Below, piece by piece: positions 26,339 through 35,604 of a stretch of 36,108 nucleotides of DNA. The stretch is from a virus. The position numbers and the translations under genes were made by a program. The stretch lies in the UHGV virus genome UHGV-1376076; one strand, given 5' to 3'. Every line of letters begins with the position of its first letter. Position 1 is the first letter of the stretch. The notes beneath the pieces were generated by a model. The model was not told the origin of the DNA, ran no database searches, and saw nothing but the letters and a program-made list of their open reading frames with translations.

Positions 26339-26401
26339 TTTTAATTCCTCACTTCTGTGATATGATTTTTATTGTAGAATCTTAGAAGAAGTAAGGTTCC
26401 T

Positions 26402-26432
26402 AGCCTGTGTTGCAGCACAGGCTTTTTTATTT
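26402..26432 (+). terminator. strong plus-oriented intrinsic terminator embedded in the leftward lysogeny operon
   Basis: Hairpin agcctgtg-ttgc-agcacaggct followed by TTTTTTATTT. Confidence 0.5.
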
Positions 26433-26627
26433 AAATAAATCCCAAAAACTGAATGTAGTTTTCTTGTATACTTTGTTGTAAGCAGCCTTTTTTGGGTCTT
26501 TAATCCAGCCGCTACCTTTTTTCCCATAACCAGGAATAACTGCTTTTTTTACTTTTCTTTTTGCTTTTCCAGTGGTTCTAGCGCTTATGGATTTTTTTAT
26601 ACTCGGTTTTCTCATTCCTATTTTCAT
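26427..26627 (-). CDS. very basic small protein (66 aa, Lys-rich)
   Basis: Perfect RBS AAGGAGGA before the ATG on the minus strand. It lies directly downstream of immA. Confidence 0.5.
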   Translation of the reverse strand: MKIGMRKPSIKKSISARTTGKAKRKVKKAVIPGYGKKGSGWIKDPKKAAYNKVYKKTTFSFWDLFK

Positions 26628-26655
26628 CTATATCCTCCTTATGTTGTATTATAAT

Positions 26656-27078
26656 TCACAAGAAACGAACGAATTCATCTGGCAATCCAAAGCAGACGAG
26701 CTTTTCATATTTTGTCATATGATCAAAGCCGTCTAAAGCTGGATCAACAGTCAGATGAGTTGCGAAATAGTTTGCTTCTTTTTCAATTTTTAATTCAGAT
26801 ACTAGCGTTTTTTTAGACAACATAGGTGTATTTTCATTTGGATGTAAAATACAGTGTCCTAATTCATGACTACAAGTCACCATTTTTCCTGGCTCATCTA
26901 AACTAGAATTTATGTGGATCATTTTTATCTGTTTGAATTTACTATAGTAACCATAAATTTCTCCCAAATCTTCTTCTAAAACTAGTATCTTTAATTCTCG
27001 TGCAATTCTAAAAGGATTGCGTGTTTGATATAGTTTTACCAGCTTATTAATTTTGTTATCAATTTGAGGTAAATACAT
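26656..27078 (-). CDS. immA: ImmA/IrrE-family zinc metallopeptidase (anti-repressor protease)
   Basis: HEXXH motif 'HELGHCILH'. It lies immediately downstream of the XRE repressor in the same operon. Confidence 0.75.
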   Translation of the reverse strand: MYLPQIDNKINKLVKLYQTRNPFRIARELKILVLEEDLGEIYGYYSKFKQIKMIHINSSLDEPGKMVTCSHELGHCILHPNENTPMLSKKTLVSELKIEKEANYFATHLTVDPALDGFDHMTKYEKLVCFGLPDEFVRFL

Positions 27079-27094
27079 AAACAACGTACTCCTT

Positions 27095-27517
27095 TTAATC
27101 GCGATATTTTTTAGGTGTATATTTTTTCTTGGCTTCTATCTTAGCTATTCGCAACGCATTCTCTAAAGAGATAATGAGAGCTTCACGTGTTGCTTCACTC
27201 ATTTCACCATCTTTCTTTGAAAAGGCCATTCCGTCAGCATTAGATAAATCGTCGATTAATGACTGTAATTCTTGTTGAATATCACGCTCGTCTTTTTCTG
27301 TTAAATCATAGTATCTTTTTTTCTCAGTACGTCCTAGTAAGTAATCTACAGATACGTCGAAGTAGTCAGCAATTTCTTGTAACTTTTCGGCAGTTGGCTG
27401 TTTTCCTGCATTTAAACTATAAAAGTAATTCTCTCCGTACTTCAAATCTTTAGCGACTTGTTGAAGGTTTTTATTCTTGTTTTTCGCTAGTTCTTTTATT
27501 CTTTCAAATGTTGTCAT
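27095..27517 (-). CDS. immR: XRE-family HTH repressor (ImmR/cI-like)
   Basis: N-terminal HTH 'IKELAKNKNKNLQQVAKDLKYGENYFYSL'. It is divergent from the rightward early operon. Confidence 0.8.
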   Translation of the reverse strand: MTTFERIKELAKNKNKNLQQVAKDLKYGENYFYSLNAGKQPTAEKLQEIADYFDVSVDYLLGRTEKKRYYDLTEKDERDIQQELQSLIDDLSNADGMAFSKKDGEMSEATREALIISLENALRIAKIEAKKKYTPKKYRD

Positions 27518-27539
27518 TCCAACGTTCCTTTCCAACACG

Positions 27540-27806
27540 AAAAAATAATTTACGAAAAAGAGTAAAAATAGCTTTACAATTTTACGATATAGAGTTATTA
27601 TTTATCCGTAAGTTAATTTGATAGAAAAAAGCAAACTAAAAACACACCTTATAGCATAAAGTTTGGCGACCAAGTGCAAATAAAAGGCTTTGTTATAGGC
27701 TTATTTCTCTATGTATTCATTTTACTCTATAGTGTAAAAATGTCAATGGAAATTATATTTTTTCTATCATTTTAACTTACAAATTTATAAAAAAGGAAGT
27801 GGGTTA
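27540..27806. promoter_or_regulatory. divergent early promoter/operator region
   Basis: A 267-bp AT-rich intergenic region between the repressor and the first rightward gene. It contains the repeated motifs atatagagt (about 27585) and actctatagtg (about 27728). Confidence 0.45.
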
Positions 27807-27998
27807 ATGTCAAACTTGGATAACGGTCGTGCGGCGATCAAAGAGTTTATGAAAGAGAATGGAATAACTATGGATGATTTGGCTACTGCTTATGGTCACA
27901 CGCGTGTACGAATGCAACAAATTCTTGATGGACACTGGAGTGGACCAAAGGCAAACAGAACTATTCTAGAGATCATCCGTGATTACAGAATTCGATAG
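27807..27998 (+). CDS. first rightward early gene (Cro-like small regulator?)
   Basis: RBS AAGGAAGTGGG. 63 aa, in the position of cro. Confidence 0.45.
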   Translation: MSNLDNGRAAIKEFMKENGITMDDLATAYGHTRVRMQQILDGHWSGPKANRTILEIIRDYRIR

Positions 27999-28008
27999 GA
28001 GGCAAGTC

Positions 28009-28275
28009 ATGAATATTCTAAGCGAAGAGTTTTTGACTCGTTTAAGAATTGCAATTGTTGAAGTTGTAAAGGACGCACTTAGTCAACTTTCAAAAAAGAA
28101 TTTGTCAGAAACACGATACTTGAAAAAAATCGAAGCTAGAAAATATGTGGGAGGTGTAAATGATCAAGGATTTGAGAAGCTAGTAGCTCATGGGTTAAAA
28201 GAAATTCGTATAGATGGCTTTTTAAGGTATGACAAAAAAGACATCGATGAACTGATGGCTAAATACAAAATCTAA
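28009..28275 (+). CDS. excisionase-like MerR-type HTH protein
   Basis: RBS AGGAGG. The C-terminal 'RYLKKIEARKYVGGVNDQGFEKLVAHGLKEIRIDGFLRYDKKDIDELM' fits the HTH_17/Xis pattern. Confidence 0.45.
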   Translation: MNILSEEFLTRLRIAIVEVVKDALSQLSKKNLSETRYLKKIEARKYVGGVNDQGFEKLVAHGLKEIRIDGFLRYDKKDIDELMAKYKI

Positions 28276-28393
28276 AAGGAGGACATACATGACAGAGATC
28301 ACCATCACAGACGGACATATGTCTCATACCGTGAAAACAAAATAAGAGGCACAACGTATTATTGATCGATATTTTCCGGAAGGGGAGTCAACT

Positions 28394-28561
28394 ATGCAAA
28401 TAAGAAAACCAATCGTTGAGCGTTCGAGTAGCAAAATGCTACTGGCATCAATTGCCGAAGACAAAGAACCCGTGTACAAAGTTCGTCAGTTACAAGCACT
28501 TTGCTATATCAGCTTAGTTCTAAACGTCATTTTATTGTCTGTTGTCTTTGCCGTTTTATAA
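28394..28561 (+). CDS. small membrane protein (55 aa)
   Basis: RBS GGAAGGGGAG. It has a C-terminal TM helix. An 18-aa ORF with a strong RBS precedes it at 28290-28346. Confidence 0.3.
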   Translation: MQIRKPIVERSSSKMLLASIAEDKEPVYKVRQLQALCYISLVLNVILLSVVFAVL

Positions 28562-28579
28562 AAAAAGGAGGTTAGAAAA

Positions 28580-29248
28580 TTGTCGTACAACAAATGGACA
28601 AGAGAAGAGGAGCAACTTCTTATTCAAAATGTCAGATACGACCATCGCGGATTTGTTTGTAATTGTAATGAATTAGCTGAGTTACTTGGGATAGATAAAA
28701 AGCGTATTTGGCCCAAAATCCATCAAATGCGTAAAAAAGATTTGATCGATGAAGTTTATTGGGATGATCCAATCGAACCGCCTAACAAACGTTACAGTCA
28801 GCAAGAAGATAAAAAAATAATTTCTATGTATCAGTCAGGTTGTCCAGTAACAATAATAGCGCAGGAATTGAATAGAACTGAGAACGCGATTCGCTGTCGT
28901 CTTAATATCATGAAGAAAAATGGACAATTAGAAAGCAATCGAAAACGCAGGTACACAAAAAGAGAAGTTGAGTTATTAATATCAGAAATTAAATTCGATA
29001 AAAATGGTTACGTATTAAATATTGATTATTTAACTAGACTACTGCATAGACCAAAGCACGAGCTTTTCAGAAAAATTTGTCTATTAAGGAAACAAGGAGA
29101 AATAACTATAAAACCCGATCGTACAAAGGCTAGTCAGAACTGGTATGACGTAATGAAAAAACAAATTGATAATCATCACAAACTGATAGCTGCTCGATAT
29201 AGCTATCAAAAAAAGACACGAACGCCGGCAAGCAGAATCGTGTCCTGA
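28580..29248 (+). CDS. protein with three Myb/SANT-like HTH repeats; putative early regulator
   Basis: TTG start after AAAGGAGG. There are three repeats of a roughly 50-aa 'W/RY..E...L......' module. Confidence 0.45.
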   Translation: MSYNKWTREEEQLLIQNVRYDHRGFVCNCNELAELLGIDKKRIWPKIHQMRKKDLIDEVYWDDPIEPPNKRYSQQEDKKIISMYQSGCPVTIIAQELNRTENAIRCRLNIMKKNGQLESNRKRRYTKREVELLISEIKFDKNGYVLNIDYLTRLLHRPKHELFRKICLLRKQGEITIKPDRTKASQNWYDVMKKQIDNHHKLIAARYSYQKKTRTPASRIVS

Positions 29249-29279
29249 AAAATACTAATTACAAGGAGAGTTTATCACA

Positions 29280-29609
29280 ATGAATGAAAAAATCCAAAAT
29301 TTAATTAAAGAGTTAGCAGCTGAATGTGCGAATGATGATCTAGGAATGTCAGTTAGTGTAGTCGATGAAAAAGGGGAAGTCGTTCTTGGACAAGCTGGAA
29401 ACGATAGCTTGGTTGCGTGGAGTGTTTACCGACAGTATGAGAAAACAAAACGTGATTTGCAGAATAATAATTGCAATTGTGAAACTCATGGTACTTTAAA
29501 ACAATTGTTTGGTATTGAATATGAAGATCCAGAGTTTGAGGAATGGTATCAGGACTTTCTACGGTTTGCCGAAAAAATGGATCGAAAGAAAGGTGGTATC
29601 AAATTCTGA
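29280..29609 (+). CDS. hypothetical early protein (109 aa)
   Basis: RBS AAGGAGAG. Confidence 0.45.
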   Translation: MNEKIQNLIKELAAECANDDLGMSVSVVDEKGEVVLGQAGNDSLVAWSVYRQYEKTKRDLQNNNCNCETHGTLKQLFGIEYEDPEFEEWYQDFLRFAEKMDRKKGGIKF

Positions 29610-29833
29610 TGATCTCAGTTAAAGGGCTAGGCGATGAAATATTCGAAGCAATGATGCAAAAAGCACAACAAGATGTACAAGACAAAATCTTAACTGCAGC
29701 AAAGTATGGACAAACAAGTTGCACTGTTCGTTCAAAAGGTCTGACACCATCATTTCTAGCAGCATTAGAAAGCGAAGGTATTTCAAACATCCAACGTGAA
29801 GAAGGAAGTGTCAAATTATTTTGGGAATTTTAG
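29609..29833 (+). CDS. hypothetical early protein (~74 aa)
   Basis: Its ATG overlaps the upstream stop in an ATGA junction. Confidence 0.4.
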   Translation: MISVKGLGDEIFEAMMQKAQQDVQDKILTAAKYGQTSCTVRSKGLTPSFLAALESEGISNIQREEGSVKLFWEF

Positions 29834-29840
29834 GAGGCAA

Positions 29841-30194
29841 ATGATGAGTGTAAAGGATGTAGCTAAAAAGCAAATTTTAAAAATGGAACATATCATTGAT
29901 CAAATCAACGAGGCGGAAGATTTACTTATCAGCTTGAAATCACCAGCACTGAATAATCTTAATGAGCTTATGACTGATATTTCCATCGGTGTGCCTACTC
30001 AATTTTTAGGGAGAGATTTTTTTCAAGAAGAACAAAGCAGGTGGCATAAGGTCCAACTTGAACGTGATCTTGGTATCACAGAGATTCAAGAAGAAATTCG
30101 TAATCTTGTTTCCAAATCAGTTCAAAAAAGGATTGAAGCACTTGAAAGCGAGTTGAGAGCAATGATTTATTATCGCGGTGATCACGATGAATGA
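29841..30194 (+). CDS. hypothetical early protein (~117 aa)
   Basis: RBS TAGGAGG. Confidence 0.45.
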   Translation: MMSVKDVAKKQILKMEHIIDQINEAEDLLISLKSPALNNLNELMTDISIGVPTQFLGRDFFQEEQSRWHKVQLERDLGITEIQEEIRNLVSKSVQKRIEALESELRAMIYYRGDHDE

Positions 30195-30380
30195 TTTTGA
30201 TTCTTTAGGCGCCAGACAGCAACCACCAAATGAAGCTAGTCCTGTTGGAGTTGATTGGCAAGAAAATCCGTTATATCCAGGTGATACTTGCTATCTAACA
30301 AAGAAGGTTATGTACCAGTAGACGCAATTCTAGAGTACGTCCAGCAACATTATCCAAAGATTGAATTAGGAGGAATTTAA

Positions 30381-31382
30381 ATGAACGAAATTATCATCCA
30401 AAAGGATATTACAGACCAAGTCTCAAATCGTATTAAAGGATTGGAAGAAGAAGGGCTTAAATTACCAGTAAATTACAATGCTGCAAATGCTTTGAAGTCA
30501 GCATGGTTTGCCATTCAAAAAGCACAAGACAGGAATAGAAAACCAGCTTTGGAAGTGGCAACGAAAGAATCTATTGCGAACGCATTGCTAGACATGGTAG
30601 TGCAAGGGTTAAGCCCGGCGAAAACACAGTGTTATTTCGTGGTTTTCGGAAAAGAGTTGCAGTTGCAGCGTTCTTATTTTGGAACACAAGCTGTCTTGAA
30701 GCGATTGAATAATGTAAAAGACATTTGGGCGGAAGTCGTCCACAAAGACGATGTTTTCAAGATTGGCAGTAATCAAGGGAGAACAATTGTAAAAGAATTC
30801 GAACCAGATTTTGCTAACCAAGATAAAGATATTGTCGGTGCCTTTGCAGTTATTGAAAAAACAGATGGCGAGCGCGTTTATACAGTAATGACTAAAAAAG
30901 AAATCAATCAATCTTGGAGCAAAGCCAAAATAAAAAATGTTCAAAATGATTTTCCGCAAGAAATGGCAAAACGCACAGTCATCAATCGTGCGGCAAAAAG
31001 TTTCATCAATACAAGCGACGATAGTGATTTGCTGACAGAATCTATCAAGCGAACGACAGAAAACGAATTTGACAATGATCGGAAAGATGTAACACCACAA
31101 ACAGAAAAAGTGGCTACTCTCGAACAAAAATTCTTTTCAAACAAAAAGATTACTGAACCAATACAAAAAGAACCAGATCCGATTGTGATTCCAGATGATA
31201 TCCAAGATGAAGTAACTCGAGTTGCTGACGTACCTGGCCATTCAGAAATAGAACAAGCACATTTAATCGAAAATGAGGATACCGATCCGATTCAAGAAGA
31301 ATTATTAGATATTCCGGACTTTGGACGTGAGGAAGGTGTAGACGATGTCTCAGAATTTGAAGACGATGAGTACCCTTTCTGA
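30381..31382 (+). CDS. recT: RecT-family single-strand annealing recombinase
   Basis: 333 aa with an acidic C-terminal tail. RBS TTAGGAGG. It is paired with a downstream nuclease. Confidence 0.75.
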   Translation: MNEIIIQKDITDQVSNRIKGLEEEGLKLPVNYNAANALKSAWFAIQKAQDRNRKPALEVATKESIANALLDMVVQGLSPAKTQCYFVVFGKELQLQRSYFGTQAVLKRLNNVKDIWAEVVHKDDVFKIGSNQGRTIVKEFEPDFANQDKDIVGAFAVIEKTDGERVYTVMTKKEINQSWSKAKIKNVQNDFPQEMAKRTVINRAAKSFINTSDDSDLLTESIKRTTENEFDNDRKDVTPQTEKVATLEQKFFSNKKITEPIQKEPDPIVIPDDIQDEVTRVADVPGHSEIEQAHLIENEDTDPIQEELLDIPDFGREEGVDDVSEFEDDEYPF

Positions 31383-32160
31383 TGAAAATTATTACTCCAA
31401 TGAAGCTGACTGGCAGTACATGTCGACATCACAATATAAGTCCTTTTTAAAATGTGAAGCCGCAGCCTTAGCAAAGTTGAAAGGCGATTGGTCACCGACG
31501 TCGGATCCCAAAGCCTTACTCGTCGGAAACTACGTACATTCTTATTTTGAATCAAAAGAAGTACATGAAGCGTTCAAAGAAGAAAATAAATCCAGAATGT
31601 TTTCTAGTCGGAAGCCGTATGGATTGTTGAAAGATTTCCAAATTGCTGAACAAATGATTGAACGACTTAAACAAGAAGAAGTGTTCATGAACATCTATCA
31701 AGGTGAGAAAGAAATGATTGTGACTGGGGAACTATTTGGAACGACATGGAAAGGCAAGATTGATTGCTTGAATGTTGAGGATGAGTATTTTGTTGATATC
31801 AAAACAACAAAAGACATGCATGAACGGAAATGGAACGAAAACTATGGATCAAGAGAAACGTTCATTGTCAATTTTGGTTACGTGCTTCAAATGGCGATTT
31901 ATCAGGAATTACTTTTCCAACAATATGGAAAAAGTTTTATGCCGATCATCGCCGCAGTGTCCAAGCAGACACCAAGCGAAGCAAGACTGATCACGATTGA
32001 TCAGGACAATATGGATTATGAGCTGGTTATGTTAAAAGAAAAAATTGAAAGAATTGTCAGAGTGAAGAACGGCGAAGAGAAGCCGAACCATTGCGGTTTG
32101 TGCGAGTACTGTAGAGGTAATCTTCCAATTACTGGATTCACTAGCATGGACGATTTGTAG
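31345..32160 (+). CDS. PD-(D/E)XK nuclease with C-terminal Cys cluster (Cas4/RecB-like exonuclease partner of RecT)
   Basis: The motif 'GKIDCLNVEDEYFVDIKTTKD' contains D...E-x-K. The C-terminus 'HCGLCEYCRG' is a Cys cluster. Confidence 0.65.
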   Translation: MSQNLKTMSTLSDENYYSNEADWQYMSTSQYKSFLKCEAAALAKLKGDWSPTSDPKALLVGNYVHSYFESKEVHEAFKEENKSRMFSSRKPYGLLKDFQIAEQMIERLKQEEVFMNIYQGEKEMIVTGELFGTTWKGKIDCLNVEDEYFVDIKTTKDMHERKWNENYGSRETFIVNFGYVLQMAIYQELLFQQYGKSFMPIIAAVSKQTPSEARLITIDQDNMDYELVMLKEKIERIVRVKNGEEKPNHCGLCEYCRGNLPITGFTSMDDL

Positions 32161-32175
32161 AGTGGTGGTGATGAA

Positions 32176-32958
32176 ATGACCGGAGGATGGATAAAGCTTT
32201 ATCGCCAATTACTCGAGAAACCTATTTGGCAAGAATCTACACCAGAGCAAAAAGTTATCTTAATTACCCTTCTTTCAATGGCGAATCATGAAGAAAGAGA
32301 GTGGGAATGGCAAGGCGAACCGTACAAAGCAAGTCCAGGTCAATTCGTTACTTCTCTCGATAGTATTAGAAAAAAATGTGGTAAAGGTATCTCATTGCAA
32401 AATGTTAGAACTGCTCTAAAGAGGTTTGAAAAATATGAATTTTTAACAAACCAACCAACAAACAAAAATAGGCTTATAACCATTGTCAACTGGGAGGTTT
32501 ACCAATCAAAAGACAACGATCTAACAAAGGAACTCACAAGCAACCAACAAGCAACTAACAAGCAACTAACAACTAACAAGAATGAAAAGAATGATAAGAA
32601 TGATAAGAATAATAATCCTCGCAACTCTCGAAAAACACGAGAGTATGCAGATGACGATCCAAATAAAAAATTGGCCATTCTTTTATTAAAACTCATTCGA
32701 AAAAATCAAAACATCAAAGAACCTGATTTGGATAAATGGGCGAATACGATTCGTTTAACAATTGAATCTGACAAGCGAACTGGTAGAGAAGTTCAAGACA
32801 TGATCGTTTGGGCTACTAGTAATGACTTCTGGTCAGGTGTGATCTTATCTCCAACGAGTTTGAGAAAACATTTTGATAAGATGGCTGTCCAAAAAAACAA
32901 AAGAAAACAACAAAATATTTCTAATGATGAGTTACCAGAAACAGGTGAGGATTGGTAA
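32176..32958 (+). CDS. phage replisome organizer (N-terminal DNA-binding domain) with internal iteron-like repeats
   Basis: The N-terminus 'GWIKLYRQLLEKPIW...' matches the replisome-organizer family. The middle of the gene carries tandem DNA repeats. Confidence 0.7.
   Translation: MTGGWIKLYRQLLEKPIWQESTPEQKVILITLLSMANHEEREWEWQGEPYKASPGQFVTSLDSIRKKCGKGISLQNVRTALKRFEKYEFLTNQPTNKNRLITIVNWEVYQSKDNDLTKELTSNQQATNKQLTTNKNEKNDKNDKNNNPRNSRKTREYADDDPNKKLAILLLKLIRKNQNIKEPDLDKWANTIRLTIESDKRTGREVQDMIVWATSNDFWSGVILSPTSLRKHFDKMAVQKNKRKQQNISNDELPETGEDW
32536..32615. repeat. iteron-like tandem repeats (caagcaac(c/t)aa units, then aatgataag units) inside the replisome-organizer gene; candidate ori
   Basis: The direct repeats are visible in the sequence. 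The origin is embedded in this gene in lactococcal-type phages. Confidence 0.5.
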
Positions 32959-33806
32959 TGGATAAAAAACTAAGTGCAATGGCTGCACCTTACGGCGGTT
33001 TAAAAACAGCAGATCATAATTGCCCAAAATGCGGTGATCCATTGTATATCTGGAAAACAAAAAATAAAGATGGTACTGATCGTTGCGGTCCTACATGTAT
33101 CAATAAGATTTGTGGTTATCGAGAAATGGTAACTAAAAATCAAAAAGAAGCTATCCAAAAAGCAAATGAAGCAATGAAAAAGGATGCTATCAATCGAATG
33201 CTTAACAGTTCAATGATTACAGATGATGCCATATGGACCTTCGATTTTGATGGATACAAAGTAGTTGATCAGGAAACAGCACAAATAAAAGCGATGGCTC
33301 AAGAATGGGCTAAAAAAATCGTAAGTGGTAGCACGATTCACGCAGTTATTACTGGTAGAACAGGGGCCGGAAAAACTCATCTAGGTGCTGCAGTGATCAA
33401 AGAAGTGATGAGGGCATCTAATTATAAAATTGCCTGTTCATTTATAAGTTACCGAGAATTATTAGAGCAATTGAAGTTTGCAATGAATGATCCAGAAGCA
33501 AGAAAAGCTGTGACAGGATCGTTGATGGCTGAAATAAAAAAGACAGATTTTGTGGTGATTGATGATTTAGGTGCGGAGCTAGGTCGAATGGAAGAAAACA
33601 ATCAAGCAACACCATACGATGTCGATGTTCTCACATCACTCACAGAAGCTCGTCTAAACAAAGCTACGATATTCACAACCAATTTATCATCGAAGCAATT
33701 AAAACACGCATACGGCGAGCGAGTGTTCTCTCGTGTAATGAACGGGACAAAAGGAAACACAGCCGTATTCAAAACAACAACAGACAAGAGGAGGAATCCA
33801 GTTTGA
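32958..33806 (+). CDS. DnaC/IstB-like AAA+ helicase loader with N-terminal zinc-finger
   Basis: Walker A 'GRTGAGKTHLGAAV' and Walker B 'FVVIDDLG'. The N-terminus has CPKCG...C..C. Confidence 0.75.
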   Translation: MDKKLSAMAAPYGGLKTADHNCPKCGDPLYIWKTKNKDGTDRCGPTCINKICGYREMVTKNQKEAIQKANEAMKKDAINRMLNSSMITDDAIWTFDFDGYKVVDQETAQIKAMAQEWAKKIVSGSTIHAVITGRTGAGKTHLGAAVIKEVMRASNYKIACSFISYRELLEQLKFAMNDPEARKAVTGSLMAEIKKTDFVVIDDLGAELGRMEENNQATPYDVDVLTSLTEARLNKATIFTTNLSSKQLKHAYGERVFSRVMNGTKGNTAVFKTTTDKRRNPV

Positions 33807-34045
33807 CCTTTGTAGTGAAAAAAATGTGCTACTTAGATAGCCGAGGACGAGGAGAAGCCAGTGTCGAGTTTGCGAAACACCACACGACAAAAGAAGAGGC
33901 TGACCTTGTTGCAAGTGTTTGTGGCGGTGAAGTAGTCGAAGTTATTAAGCCTGAAAGACGATTTTCAAAACCTAAGATAAAGCCAGTGAAAAAAGAAAAT
34001 TGTTGTCCGAAAAGTAACCAAGCATGGATGAGAGGTGCAAAATGA
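33803..34045 (+). CDS. hypothetical protein (80 aa)
   Basis: TTG start 8 nt after AGGAGG. Confidence 0.35.
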   Translation: MTFVVKKMCYLDSRGRGEASVEFAKHHTTKEEADLVASVCGGEVVEVIKPERRFSKPKIKPVKKENCCPKSNQAWMRGAK

Positions 34046-34230
34046 CTTGTTTAAAATGCAACGATGAAACGGTTATTTGGTATAAGACATCGCTTGGATG
34101 GTCAACTTGTGAACCTTGTCCACTCTGTAATGAAAATGGACGACGTTCTAAAGAGCGACTCGAAAGACTAAAGAAGGAGCATAGCAAATGGCAACCAGAA
34201 ACAAATACGGAAACAAAAAGCACGAAGTAG
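34042..34230 (+). CDS. zinc-ribbon small protein
   Basis: CLKC...CEPCPLC. RBS GAGGTG. Confidence 0.45.
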   Translation: MTCLKCNDETVIWYKTSLGWSTCEPCPLCNENGRRSKERLERLKKEHSKWQPETNTETKSTK

Positions 34231-34643
34231 ACGGCATCACTTTTGATTCTAAAGCAGAAGCTCGTTATTACATGAAGTTAAAACGAAACGGTATGAGTTT
34301 TATGCCTTTATCTGAAACCTACTGTGCCATGCAAGAAAATGTTCTGCTGCAAGAAGGGTATCTATGCAACGATCGTAAGATTGCACCGATTTATTACCGA
34401 GCTGATTTTGTGATTTATGAGAATGGCCAAGTGAAAAAAGTGATTGATGTCAAAGGTTATCAAGATGCTATCTCTATGCTGAAAATGAAAATGTTTGCTC
34501 ATCGATACGGCTTTCCAGTGACATTTGCTAAGTTCGATTCAAAAATCAATAAATTCATTGAAATGGATTGTTTTGAATCAGCAAGACAGCAGCGGAAAAG
34601 ACAAACGGAACGAAGAAAAAAGAAATTAATGGAGGGAAAATAA
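34188..34643 (+). CDS. DUF1064-family protein
   Basis: The N-terminus 'KYGNKKHEVDGITFDSKAEARYY' matches the DUF1064 signature. RBS AAGGAG. Confidence 0.6.
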   Translation: MATRNKYGNKKHEVDGITFDSKAEARYYMKLKRNGMSFMPLSETYCAMQENVLLQEGYLCNDRKIAPIYYRADFVIYENGQVKKVIDVKGYQDAISMLKMKMFAHRYGFPVTFAKFDSKINKFIEMDCFESARQQRKRQTERRKKKLMEGK

Positions 34644-34644
34644 A

Positions 34645-35220
34645 ATGACAAAACAAGTGAATTTCAGACCAAAAGTAAAATCAATTAATATCGCAAATGA
34701 GGAATTAACGAAAATTACTCTTGAAGTTAAAAATAATAGCTTAGACGGAAAATTAGATGAGTTAAGGAAATTTTCTAACAAAGTTGTGACAGTAATTATA
34801 AGTGAAGAAACAATCGGTTATACGTTGCCGATAAATAAACAAACGAAAAAACCAAATATTGAATACGTAGTGAATTCTGACGGAACAATTGAGATGCTAA
34901 AAGAAGAGCAAACTTCTTTGGATATTGGAGATGGAGTGGAAGAAGTTGAAAATATTGAATTCCTTGTATCAAAAGAAACCGTTGATGAATTTATTAAAAC
35001 AGCAACGACATTGCAACTACCAGAAAACGTAACTGTAAATATTCGAGACGTTCTTATCCGTTTAGCAGAAGGCGATAGTATGAGTGAAATTGCTGCAGAT
35101 CATGAATTATCAGAGATTGCTTTAATAGATCAAATCGAATTAGCTAGACATTACTTTGCTCCATATGCAGATAGCTGGTCCAAACATAAGGACGACATCA
35201 TTTTTCCAGAGGAACAATGA
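34645..35220 (+). CDS. hypothetical protein with possible C-terminal HTH
   Basis: RBS GGAGGG. The C-terminal 'IRDVLIRLAEGDSMSEIAADHELSEIALIDQIELARHY' resembles sigma region 4 / LuxR. Confidence 0.45.
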   Translation: MTKQVNFRPKVKSINIANEELTKITLEVKNNSLDGKLDELRKFSNKVVTVIISEETIGYTLPINKQTKKPNIEYVVNSDGTIEMLKEEQTSLDIGDGVEEVENIEFLVSKETVDEFIKTATTLQLPENVTVNIRDVLIRLAEGDSMSEIAADHELSEIALIDQIELARHYFAPYADSWSKHKDDIIFPEEQ

Positions 35221-35405
35221 GAGCAACTGATCCAGTAATTATCCTTGAGGAAGCCAAATTTATTTGGACTCACGAAGAGATAGAGCAAGCACGCTTGCTC
35301 TTTTCTCAAGGAGTTAAGCCGAGCAAAGTAGCTGAAATAATGGATCAAAAGATTCTTGATGTCGGATTACTTTTGCTCCATTTAGCAGAAAAAAATCTAA
35401 TTTGA
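35217..35405 (+). CDS. hypothetical protein (62 aa)
   Basis: ORF with an overlapping start. Confidence 0.35.
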   Translation: MRATDPVIILEEAKFIWTHEEIEQARLLFSQGVKPSKVAEIMDQKILDVGLLLLHLAEKNLI

Positions 35406-35406
35406 G

Positions 35407-35604
35407 GTGGAAATGATGATTCAACTTGCAGGCATCCAAACAGGGAAAATTTATTTTTCCGGTGAAAGCAAAAGTGAAGCAAGTCAATGGTTGCTTAAAA
35501 CATATACGAATAATAAGAAGCTAAGAAAAAAATATCCTGATGCGTTGCTAAAGGATGATCAGATTATGCCGGAACCAATGATTTTTACCAAGTGGGATAA
35601 ATAA
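35407..35604 (+). CDS. hypothetical protein (65 aa)
   Basis: RBS GAGGTGG. Confidence 0.4.
   Translation: MEMMIQLAGIQTGKIYFSGESKSEASQWLLKTYTNNKKLRKKYPDALLKDDQIMPEPMIFTKWDK

Noticed and set aside
26139-26360. Plus-strand 73-aa ORF antisense to the zinc-ribbon membrane gene
   Set aside because: It runs entirely antisense to a better-supported gene, has no RBS, and is Pro/Thr-rich filler.
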